A stretch of DNA of 62,706 bases, filler included, from Diploschistes diacapsis (taxonomy: Eukaryota), in the NCBI GenBank assembly GCA_023645945.1. It is 15 parts of 15 records of this genome, joined end to end, with 100 filler letters (N's around TTAATTAATTAA, not from the genome) between each part and the next. Parts side by side here need not be neighbours in the genome. Positions count along the whole stretch, not along the records: positions 39,838 to 61,177 come from JALAIB010000311.1; 14 more parts are not named here. One strand, 5' to 3'. The position numbers and the translations under genes were made by a program. Every line of letters begins with the position of its first letter. Within the stretch, counting starts at the first letter, position 1. Shown here piece after piece: positions 44,814-56,307 of this stretch. The notes beneath the pieces are model-generated. The model was not told where the DNA came from. It saw only the letters and a program-made list of their open reading frames with translations, and searched no databases.

Positions 44814-47434
44814 CTACTCCGCCCTCAAAATTCTCGCTCCCCTCCGCTTGCCGCTCTTCTTTTTCTTGTTTCCTTTGTCAAAGGCCACGGCACTTGCGTG
44901 GTCTCGGCCTACGTTGTCCAGATCCTTGACTTTGAATATTCTTATGATCCAATTCTCGCTGGTAAAAGCTTCATCCAGCGTGTTCAATACGGGGCCTTCA
45001 GCTGGCATCTTAGCACCGCGAACACGGTCCTGCGCCTGTCCAGCCGGGAAGAGCGCTTGATAATTAAAATACGACATCTTGTACCTGCTCACACTTGATT
45101 AAAAAGGGGTAATTCGTAAAGTTGGGAAGAAGGGCATACATCAGACTGTTACGCATTGTCGGCGTGGCTTCGCTGTCCACCCTGTATTCGCCGCGTGCTG
45201 TGAAATAATCGCGCTCCTTGACTTCATCGGGCCAGATACCTTCTGCAATGCGAACCATCCAGAGAAACTTGTTGATGTCGTCACCAGAATAGCCTAGAAG
45301 CCCACCAAAAACCACAAGAACATAGTCTACATCGTGCTCTCGAAGAATAGGATAACTGACTTCTTCGCGGGAACTCATCGCTTTGCCCACAGTGGCGATG
45401 TGAGTATTATTCCAGGTGTTATTGTCGACCAACGTTGGGCGATCTGCCATGCCACCAATTTGATAGCCATAATCCCACCATGACATGATCTTGGCATTTT
45501 TGGGGGTGTTCTGTCTAAGCCAGTAGTACGCTTCCCTGTAGTCGTCGATGATATGTTGACTTCCGTCAGGTAGTCTGCTCGCGAGGACCACGGACGGTGA
45601 TGAATAGGCGTTTGAGGTGACCCAGGTGCAATGAAGGACGAAGAGGAGGAGATAAACCGTGACCATGCAGACAATAGAAAGCTTGGAGAATAACGAGTAG
45701 ATGCCCACTATAGGCTTCTTCGTTGACCTGAGAGAGCCCTGAAGTGCAGCAGTGGCAGTTTTGACCTTGTCCCCATCCGCTTTTTCAGCCTGGGTGCCTG
45801 CCTGGCTGGGAGATTCGGCCACCAAATAAGTGTCGAGAATACTCGATAGGGCCATCGCTGCAGCAACGCAGACCACAGGAGTTAGGGTAAGCATTAGACG
45901 GACCATAACCCCGGCGAAGTAGCTGGACAGAACCGCATATATGACGATGAAGACTTGCTCATCTTTCAGATCTCTGAAACACATGTACACTCCTGCAGGG
46001 AAGAGCCAGATCAACATATTCAAGTCAAAAAAGAATGCCGGCCAAGCGGTGGGCTGGTGCTCGGAAACTGATGCAATGATGGGAATATGTATCTTTGCAT
46101 ACCCAGTGTCCCACAACGAGTAGAACCTTCCACTCCACGGTGCGACAACACCGGCAAACGTGAGAAGAACAAGACCACCAAGGGCGATCACGAAGACGCT
46201 AATCACTAATGCCCTGAGCAAAGTCTGAAACTGGCGGCTCGGGATTTGAGTTCTTACGAACTCCACAAATGCCACAAGCTGCAGAAGGCCGAAGACACCT
46301 AAGAAATGTTAGAAGCCCCAGAAAAGCGGAGGAACGCTATACATACCCAAAGCCGACATGTGCTCGCTGCTCTTCAATGGAAGGAAGCCAACGAAGGGAA
46401 TTTGCATGCTCGCTAGCGTACCCAACGCGTACCAGGTAGTGTAACTGACATAGAGCCTGGGGCTGTATCGTCCCATGGCAATGAGGACGAAAGCATGGAG
46501 CGGAAGCATGTTCGTGATGAAAACATAGCCGCCCCAAGCGGAAACCATATAGCCGTAAAACAAAGCGGTAAATGCTGCCCACATGGCTGATCCTTCTTTG
46601 ACCGATTTGATCCACAAATAGAAGGTGAAGACGAGAAGGAAAATGGCGATTGCCTCATTGTCATAACTTCCCGCCACGGACCTTGATATGTAACCCGGTG
46701 TAATTCCCATGAAGACAGCAGCGAGTAATCCGGCAGACGGAGATGTTGACATCTCGGAGGTGAGAAGATAGGATGCAAAAGCCGTCAACCCACTGAAGGC
46801 TGGAGCGAGCAATACGCAGATATTCCGGATATCGATAGGCAAAGATAAGGCGCGAGCAAGGTGCCAGATTACGCCACTCGTCACCATAAGGCCTGGATAC
46901 AATGTGCCTCCTGTCACACGTCCTAATGGGTGCCATGTGCCTGTAAATCGTAAAGGTCAGCACTTCGGTTTGCCGATAACTCAACAAGAGGGAGGACACG
47001 ACATACGATCATCAAACCAATCCCAGAACTCATAGAAGCCATGTTGCACGAGATATTTCGTCGCTCGAAAATTAAACCAAGGATCGACTATGCAGTGTAT
47101 TAGTTTTGTTTGACTGAAGTACTTCTTCTGAGGATATGTAAAGCGTTGTGGTTGACGGTGTAAGAATGTGCACTACTGACATTCGTGTATGATGCTTTCG
47201 AAGCCTATGCAGAAGGTAAGTTAGCATTGTCCAGACAAGACTCAGAAGGGTGCACATCGTAGCCACTGAGCAAGGAAGGTGCAGGGGCTTACGAATAACG
47301 CTGAATAGCCGGCTCGCAACAGCTGCTGCGGCAATGGTACAGAGAATGATAAGTCGCAGCAGACCTCGAGTGTTGCGCCCAGTATTTCCCTTCAGAAAGG
47401 GCTTAATTGGGCCCAGCGCCGAGGACGACGACAT
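44814..47434 (-). CDS. STT3: Oligosaccharyltransferase catalytic subunit Stt3 (756 aa); exons 47434-47293, 47204-47181, 47087-47007, 46940-46347, 46298-45140, 45084-44814
   Basis: SRLFSVIRFESIIHEFDPWFN, SRSVAGSYDNE, IIASVSEHQPT, WWDYGYQI, DNNTWNNTHI and DDINKFLWM. Spliced length is 2271 nt, in frame. Confidence 0.98.
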
Positions 47435-48474
47435 ATCGTGGGTAGGAAACTTGGAAGAGCTTGGCGTGAGCTTGTGAAGTTCATATGTGTTCTTCTATCT
47501 TGGTCAAACCTACAGCTTTGGGGAGCCTTACCGTAGGGCTGAAGCTATTGATAGGGCTGAAGCAAATCTTTCTGGGGATTACTATCCTTTTCCAATCCAC
47601 ACATCGCTCCTCTTAACTTACGGTCAGGTCCTCTTCCGCGGGATACAGGACCGTACAGAGGTTGGACGTAAGTAAAGAGAATTACAATTATAAAGGTGAG
47701 GATGTGACAAGAAAATGCAGGTATTTAGTAACCCCTCTTTAACGCACCTTTAAAGTTCTATGAGGTATAATAATGCACTCGGCCTTAAGGGCTTAAGTCC
47801 AAAAAAGAAAGGGTAGCGTTGACTAGTGTGGCGCCATACAAAAAGAGCTCAACGTGTCCTGATATATGGTGATTCTCCTTTATTCTACTCTACGTGTGCA
47901 TATCCGAATCCTACTCTACTCCGTACTTCTACAAGTGAGCCCAGTGAGTGGGCACCGACGGGGAAAGAGGAAGCGGGTTCCGATACGTGTTCAGCCGTTT
48001 ACTAACTGCCCAACTGCCACCATCTTTGCCCCTATACGCAGTCACTGTAATTGGTTGCCCCAAGTTTCTCATGGAGCTCGTCAGAGTCGCCACGCACCCA
48101 TTCTTAGGCCCCGCAACAAACATCGTGAGGCTACTAAACAAGGTGTAAACTTCAAGCATATCTAGATTACGGATTAAACTCTTTTAGTTGCGGGGGGCGT
48201 TAAACTGCTTACACCCCCCCCCCTTCCCCCCCCAAGGACTTTCCATACCACATTTTCGGGGCGCGCATTGGGGCGCATTGGAGAGGGCGTTCTAGGCTTG
48301 TAGCACAATGTACGAAGTGCGATAACATCATCTTCCATGCTTCTTCCCATCACTACTTAGTCGTGGACATCTTCACCCTTTTCCGTGATTAGTTTTTAAA
48401 CAAGCATTTGCTGCTCTACATACTCACTCTTGATTTGGAGCCCCGAAACCTAGAATACGTTAGCAGGCCATGCA

Positions 48475-50569
48475 ATGGACTCCCCTGTCTCCAGTATGCT
48501 TCATCTCTCATTCATCGCTCCATGGCCTGTGTGACAAAGACTCACTATTTCTGTAAAATCCTGAATTCTGATCTGTTTAGTCGTACTGTACGCGAATCAG
48601 AGCGGCGCCGCCGGACCTGACACCTCAGACCAGCTGCTTCAATTCATCCGCCTCACAAAGGAAGTCTTCTGGCGCGATAACCACAACCTCGCGGAAGCTG
48701 AGATACAGCGCCTATGGGCTCAGCGAACTGCCCATTTGAACTCGGAGCTTGGATTCTCCCATAGTAGCCAAATAGACAGATCGGACAGTGTGGCCACCCG
48801 CACGGCCGTGCCGACCGCCCTCACTTCAGCTCCGATGGTCAAAAGTCATACAGTGCGGTGTTCAACTCCTTCAGAGTCTGTTAGCAGAAACTCTAAATAT
48901 ACTATAGGAACCGACCTTACCCAGCCCAGAGGCATTCCAAATGAACCGGCCTCGGTCTCACGTGATGAAGCGAAAGTTTTCCAGCCCCTCGACCCTGTCA
49001 CCTTTTTCCAATACAAGACAGATTTCTCCTGTAAGCATGAGGGCATGTCTTGCCAAAGACGATCAGTCATCTATTGGTGACGTTGGCCCAACCCCATGCA
49101 AGTCGCGACGTACGGCCTGGAGCCAGAAACAGCTTCCGCGCATCCCAGAAGTAAAAGTGCGCTCGTTTGAGCCAGCTGATTACATCAAGCAGAACGTTCT
49201 TGAGAGTCGAGATGTAAATAGCTATCTTGAAAACCTCTCCGGGCTCAGTCACGTTCAAGACTGCGTAACGGTATCTGAAACCGAAGCGTTCAGCATGCCA
49301 CAAATCTCTGCAACTCAAATAAGTACTCATTCTTTGCATTCGCCGCTCTCTTCCACACCAGCCTTGAATGATCTCTCAGATCTTTCAACTTCTTCATATG
49401 CCATGGAACGCACGAGCAGCGACGTACGAAGCTCTCTTTGTGGAGGATTAGATCTGATGAGGATCCGGTCACAGGGTCCTAGTGTCTGTGATTTACAGCG
49501 CGGTGCGCAAGGCTCTCACGATTGCATTGAATTGCCATCATACATTTCTGTCCCACCAGCGCATGGTTTCTCCAATTCATTCTCTTCTCCTCTTGTTGAT
49601 TGTGAAAAGAATGTCACCCAAGTCATCTCATCTCTTCCTCAATTCTCCAATCCCAGCATGTATCAAATGCCGTTAACGTCTTGCACTGTGGCGGATGAGC
49701 TAGCTCAAGAGCAAGCGCAAGTGAGTGAAGTACAGATTCGAGGGACGCCGAGATCACGACGTCGACCGGAACCGTCCACCTCTATCGAAAGATTAATAGC
49801 ACCGAAGTCAATGCACGTCTTTGAAAACGAGAACCCCTCACCTGAGCACAACACGCCGCGCAAATCGGCAGATGGTACCAAATATCAGATTTCTAAAGCC
49901 ACTTTCATACGTCCGTCGCGCGAGAAAGTCAAATGTGGGCTTTGCAACAAGCATCCAGAAGGGTTTCGAGGGCGTCACGAGCTAAGCCGGCACACCGAAC
50001 GTGCGCACAACCAGGACCGCAGAGTCTGGATCTGCATTGACGCGTCACCTGGAAAAGATATGCTCGCTAATTGCAAATCATGTCGAACGCACAAACGTTA
50101 TGGTGCGTATTATAATGCTGCCGCCCACCTTCGCCGTTGTCATTTCAATCCGAAGAAAGAGGGACGGAGGGGTAAGGGTGGGGCTGATCGTGCCGGAAAA
50201 GGCGGAGGAGACCAGCCGCCAATTGAGGAGTTGAAGAAGCATTGGATGAAAGAAGTGGAAGAGCATCTACCTCGGCAGGACGATATGGGAGCTGACCTAG
50301 CGGACGCTTCGGATGAAACGGAGCAATCAGAACTGGAGCAAGAGGTCTATCTCTCGGCTGATTCTTCGCTTGGACCACAATCTAAGCTGACGACAACGCA
50401 CAAAGCTTCAGTCGGGCTAGGCGAAATCCAACAGCCTACGGAGCTCGACCATCTCGACCCCTGGCCTTATGACATGTCGGTCGACGCCATGTTCGACTTC
50501 CCGCTTGACTTCAGTGTTTCGGAATGCGGTACCTCTATACCTTCTTATGAGACTTCACTCATGTCTTGA
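48475..50569 (+). CDS. Fungal atypical C2H2 zinc-finger protein resembling KLAP1 (key lime pathogenicity protein), ~650 aa; exons 48475-48493, 48581-48852, 48908-50569
   Basis: CGLCNKHPEGFRGRHELSRHTERAH..VWIC..CKSCRTHKRYGAYYNAAAHLRRCHF..GKGGGDQPP. Two upstream exons splice in frame (1953 nt). The family name is from recall. Confidence 0.82.
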
Positions 50570-51594
50570 CGGTGCTGGCAATGGACGGGTCGATCGTCCG
50601 GTAGTGAAGCTCGAATAGCCCATACTTTTTTTTTTTGGAATAGGTCGCTATATATACGCTCTCTTTTCTGAAATGTCAGGGTTGCACAATCTCACAGCTG
50701 TAGAAACATATTACTTAGCCTGTTATGCAGAGTATATATTTTGCGTCGCGGCCTTGGGCGCCCCGTCGGCGCCTAAGCGCCATCATATTTTGGCCAACGG
50801 TTGTACAATAAATGGGCGAACGTACGTGAAGCTAGCTCCCTTTCAACCCTCATGACCATCTGGAAGCTGAAGGGCTGGCTGTTCTAGAGGAATACCTGGA
50901 CCTGTGTCTTGACTGTGAGCTCTGAATGTGCCTCTGCACGTGGTACGTTTGCACTCGCATAATCGTGCATGATCTGGGCCACAGGCGCATACAAGCATGT
51001 ATCTTGAATAACAAGCCAGACTTTGAATCTAAAATTGGGAACCTGAATATTTACAACGTATGGGGAGGGTGGGGAAAACCCACCATTATCCAATTGTCCA
51101 CCCACTGCAGCACAGCCGCAGCAGACCGACTACGTCAGAGTGTGGCTTTTGCGTGGCTCAGCAGCAAGCCCAGTGGACCGTCGTCAGAGACGAAGGGTTC
51201 TTTCAAGGTCGCTGTTGAAGTCTTACGACGGACCTATTGATCGAAGCCAGACTTCTTTTTCCAGTAGATACGAGTGCCAGAATTCAAAGAGGGCGTATGT
51301 AGGGGTTGTATTTCACAGGGTGTTTTAAACCGGAAGCGAGAAGATTCAGCACGAGGATTAGCATAGACAAAAAACCCCGCGGAGGCCCACAAGCATTGTT
51401 GTCGTGGCGTAGCCCATCATGCCCCCATTCCCGCATGCCTGCCGGGTCACAGATAAATCCCTAGTGAAATCACCAGACTTCTCTTTTTCTCGACTTTCGC
51501 TCCTACAGAACAACCGCTTTTTTTTGCAAACCGCACACCCCCCCTCGACTACATCTCGTCCATCTCGCTGCCGCCCACTCTCTATCGCTGCACA

Positions 51595-52268
51595 ATGTCG
51601 AATCAGGGCTACTACAACCAGAGCCCTCAGTATCCACAACAAGCGTGAGTCCCGCCCCCCGGTACGGAAAACCGCCGTCCCGCATCATGCGTGTGATTAT
51701 CAGCGCTGGCTGAAGAAGTACATCTCGGCCGACCCTCGGCTGACCTCTCTTTTGCTCTCTAGGTATGGTGGCGGTTACCAGCAACAAGGCCACGGGGCCC
51801 CCCACCAGAACTATGGCCCTCCGCAACAAGGCGGCTACTACAACCAGGGGTACAACCAAGGCCCGCCGGTGAGGTTCAACGAGGCCCATGGGCGGCAACG
51901 AGTGGGTGAAGGATGGAAGTACTGATTTCCTTCGCAGATGGCGTACCAACAAGGCCCGCCACAGCAAGTTGTCGTGAAGCAAAAGCGAGGTGGCAACAGC
52001 GGGCTTTCGGCCTGGTAAGTCTCGGCGCAACGAAACAAGCTCTATCAAGGGGGATTCCTTTATACGAGGTATAGACTGGCTGATTATTTTATTTTCTCAT
52101 TATAGCCTTGCGGCGATGTGCTGTTGCTGCCTGGCGGAAGAGACCTGTAAGTAACGTCGTTCTACGCGCTTTGCCCCCTTCAAGGTCGTTCGAAGTTGAC
52201 CGCTTGCAGGCGAATGCTGTTGTGATATGGGTGGGGATTGCTGCGACTGTGCCGAGATGTGTTGCTAA
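51595..52268 (+). CDS. CYSTM (cysteine-rich transmembrane module) protein, 110 aa; exons 51595-51644, 51763-51868, 51938-52014, 52106-52146, 52210-52268
   Basis: Q/G/Y/P-rich N-terminus, basic patch KQKR, then GLSACLAAMCCCCLAEETCECCCDMGGDCCDCAEMCC*. Four canonical introns; 333 nt in frame. Confidence 0.92.
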
Positions 52269-52899
52269 GAAGACCCCATGACGAATCTGGTTGCAGATGA
52301 GCGACGGGCTTGCTCCTCCGGCATCGAAGCAATATATGGGCAACAGTTGAGGATCAGCTGGAGGAGGTTACTCACGGAGCGGGTCCCACAGGGCGTAGTT
52401 TTGCTTTGGTTCTGGGCGGGATTGCATTTCCTTAGCGGATGAACGGTTTATGGGATGAACAAGTGCGGCCTATTGTTTGCATTTTAGGTTGAGAGGATGG
52501 CTGCGGTCGTAGCGGTCTATTCCTCCGATCCAGTTCTTAAACTCAATGCAGCGGTATCAGCCAGTGCATGCAATGTGTGCCTACCTTGGGATTTGCGAGC
52601 ACAATTGCGAGCGCAATTGGTTTCCAATAAGTTCCTCGATTCTCTAGATACGAGTCTCTCTACGTCGGTGCGTCGGATAACTCAACAGGGATCGCCTTAC
52701 CGCTCGTTGCCGTGGGCCCAAGATCTGGTTCGGATGGTGAATTAAAATACATGCAATAGCTAGAACGCAGGTACAGGTTCTCCCCTTTTCATCACGTAAA
52801 ACACCCGTTGCGTATCTTCATAGTTTGTTGCGTCAAAGGTTGGCCTTCCCAGGTTGTACAAGTAGAGAGTCGATGTATTGCTTTACTCCTGCATACAAT

Positions 52900-53646
52900 T
52901 CAGGGTCCAGAGTTAGGCCGATGGGGTGGGTTGTCGTTTCTGCAGTTCTCCGCCCTTGTCGCAGAGGATGAGCCTCCCATGAGCTTCAGCAGGACCATTT
53001 CTCGCCTCCGCTCCTCCTTTAGTTCCGTGAAATGCTTCCGGACGGCGTAGGCCAGCCTCTCGTGGGCATCGATCTCCGCACACAACCAAGCAACGTAATC
53101 GGCGTGTTTGCTGCTGTCGCAAGCATACTTGGAGAGTTCCAGCGTGAGGGGCGGCTTAGATCCGCCTGGGCCGGCGACATACTCTTCCAAGATAAGGCAA
53201 TTGAAGACATTCGTGGCCTTCAGACGGACTTCAGTAATCTGAGCATAGCGTTGTTGGCGGTGGGCGGGAGAGAGCTGCGCTACGCCCTGATCATCGGGAG
53301 CCCGCGTTTTAACATTGTTTGTGGCCGCTGCAGCATGTCTGGAACGAGGGTCCGTGCGGTACCGTACCCACGCACGAGCGTTCTTATTCGGCAGTGTCAT
53401 TTTCTCCATGGCTCCGTCTCGTCTCAGCAGGAACAGGGATTTCTGTAGAGTAAGAAAGATTCTGCGCAGGTTTGAGGAGATAGCATGGTTGCGCGTTACT
53501 GCCCGAGTATGGAGCTTGTGCTGAAGCGTGCGGATGGGAACCTGGTTCATGGCTTCGATCCGCTGTTTTAATGCAGGGACAGTATCCCTGAGTATTACGG
53601 AGCCTGGTGAGAGGAGAATCGAAGATAAAGAATTTGATACTTTCAT
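52900..53646 (-). CDS. Hypothetical protein (248-aa ORF; possibly the last exon of a longer gene)
   Basis: Long ORF in otherwise gene-free DNA with a helical-looking C-terminus. No family recognised. Confidence 0.45.
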   Translation of the reverse strand: MKVSNSLSSILLSPGSVILRDTVPALKQRIEAMNQVPIRTLQHKLHTRAVTRNHAISSNLRRIFLTLQKSLFLLRRDGAMEKMTLPNKNARAWVRYRTDPRSRHAAAATNNVKTRAPDDQGVAQLSPAHRQQRYAQITEVRLKATNVFNCLILEEYVAGPGGSKPPLTLELSKYACDSSKHADYVAWLCAEIDAHERLAYAVRKHFTELKEERRREMVLLKLMGGSSSATRAENCRNDNPPHRPNSGP

Positions 53647-56307
53647 TCAAGCTGCAAGATATTTGGATAAATCGGCGTGACGCTCGAAGAACTATGCCCA
53701 ACACTTTGAAACGAGCTTATCCTGCTGAGGGCGCTTGGGAAGCTCGTGAGGTTTTCCTATGCACATCAGTTTATTGGAGCGTAGAGGGAAATAAAGCTAG
53801 CGAAAACTGCGTTCTAAATGAAGACCAGAAGCCGGGTATCTAGTCAGAAAGGGTATTCCTTGGGTTAGGAGTGTTCAACACTCTATATCATATGTCATAT
53901 TCACGGGTGGTACTAGCCTCCAGCAAGATACGGGAACAAGAGAGTCGGTGGAGGAATGAGACATTGTCGCAAAGTCTCGGTCTTATAGCATACACGAGCG
54001 TCAGCAGCAGAGATTCCAGAAGAAGACTTTACTTGTTCTAAAGACCCGTAATATAGTTCGATGGACTCATGTTTTAACCAAGCTGGGCCAGGATGTAAGG
54101 TGATATAAGAGACTTCTCGTCGTTTTTGCTTATAGTAAGCACTCCAAATGAAATTCAAACGTCTTCAAACAAACACCCTTAAGCAGGTACTCTCACATCG
54201 GTAAATCTGCTCTATACGCTTCTCTACCTCACGTCTTAAGCAATTCGCATATCTGGGATATGTGTGTCTGGCATGCTCTGAAAGAATACCCCTTTGGTGG
54301 ACAGTTGAGTAAATGTTAGGTCTCAATCAAAGGTATGATACAGAACCCACAACCCAGGGGACGGATGGCAATGCTTACTGTATTCGGTTAAACTGCAGGG
54401 CTCGGTTGATCTGGGTAAGCGAGCCACCAGTCTGGGGTTGAGCTTCACGAGATCTTGACTCAAACGGCGCGTCAATCAAGATGAGCACTACCGGCCACGC
54501 TGGATGGGGAAGTCATTTAAGCTAGTAGGAACGGTTTTCTTTTTCAGGCTGCATATTTGTTCTGCATAAAATATAAAATATAAAATGAGGCAGATTCTGA
54601 CCGGGTGACATGACGAGGCTTTGAAGGCAGAACGCACCAGCTTCTAACAAAAGCCAATCGTCCACATCAATACTGCGAATGCCAAAGTGGGGGTGGAAAA
54701 CGCCCGGGCTGCCGGGGTTTTGCTGCCATAACCAGAACGATCGTAAGAAGCATCCAGGCAAAGAAGGCAACCCCAACTAGAGCAAGGCGTAACTCTGGGC
54801 AACATGATACCAGCATATCACAACTTAACAGTGCTATCTATCTATCCATTGGATTTCAATTGGCGTGCAGGACCGAGAAACTACTAACTTAGCCTCGCGA
54901 ACCGGCTCGGTGTAGTACTAGTTTTTCAGCAGAGCCTCAATTTCTTTTCCTTTCTTTCTCCCCCCCCCCTCCCCTAAACCACATCCACATTCGAGCTGCA
55001 GCTTTCCTTCTTGAGTCATTGCTCTTTTCGCGAATGCGCTATGTCGTGTGTAGAAGCCGCCACCTTCTTCTGTGCTTCGCCTCCGTTACCTGACTAAGTT
55101 TACATATATAGGAAGAAGTAATCTAGCAGTATACAGAGACACCCATGAGCGCTGCTCGATTGGTGCGCAGAGTATTGCTTTCAGCTGACTGCTAGGCTTG
55201 TATTCTACTTATACCCGCGTCGTCAAGAGAGGGAGCGTGGGCCGGGCTACTGCGCAGACCGGCATCCGAGCAGGAGAGACATCTGCACACCATGATCACC
55301 CCCATTCGGGTAAGAACTACGGATCACGGGACTATCGAGACAACAGCTCATCGTTTCAGGCAAAGGAAGGCGGCTTTCCTACCCCACCCCCTTCGTAAAG
55401 GCCCTCGAGCCCCCGTTCTGCCTTGATTCTATGTTTTCCCAAGCAGAAAACTGACCGGCTTCCTAGCAACAACAACTCTGTGACTGTTCGAGTAGCCGTT
55501 TTAACGCGCTGCGAGACAAATCGCCAAAACTCGCCTTCATTCTTAAGGTACTCGACACTTGCAATGTGGAACAGTGAAACGCATAGCTTTAAAAGCCCAT
55601 GTGTCTGCCACGCTCGAGAAGCATGGGGATCCTGCCCGTGGGGGCTGAAATTGCGTAGGTCCCTGCTGGCATGCAACGAAGACAGTTCGGTCGAACTACC
55701 TGACTGGGATGGCTGGGACAGCTGGATAGCTTCCAGGGGCACGAAGAAAGCTTACTCTCCTTAGCGCACGAGCTTGCAAGCGCCATGGCATCAATTCTCC
55801 ATCTCATCTCTGCTTGTAAAAGTTCCAGCTTCGCCTCCCACTGCTGCCAGCCGAACCCCGAATCATGGGGGTTGCCTCAAGAAGCATACGCCACCAACTT
55901 GCAGCTCTTTTCTTATGCTGCCTACCCGATGCAGGGGGACCTGGCTATCTTGTTAATTGTCCAAGAACATGAGGCTCTGCGGCCCTCGATGTACTGTCTC
56001 GTTGACCGTCTGTCTGTGCAAAAGACGCATAAGTACTCAGATGAGCCTCTTGATTATATCTTCCGCTTTTATGCCTCTCCCGAAAACCAAACGTTTTTTG
56101 TAACACGTTGTTTTGCTGCACTAGTCCGACTCTCCGTCGGCGCAGATTGTATGCCTTGGGGCATTTTTTTCCTACTCGTATTGAGCTTTGTGTTGCGCGT
56201 GCGGCTAGTTTAAACAAACGAACTGGACGGTTATAGCGATTGACCCAGCCAGATTCTCGCTTGTCTAGGTCTTATTACTTCCCCCCCAAAAATCATAGAT
56301 CAAGCTC

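Noticed and set aside
51419..52048. 168-aa and 181-aa ORFs at the CYSTM locus
   Set aside because: They read through introns or antisense; the spliced 110-aa model explains the region.
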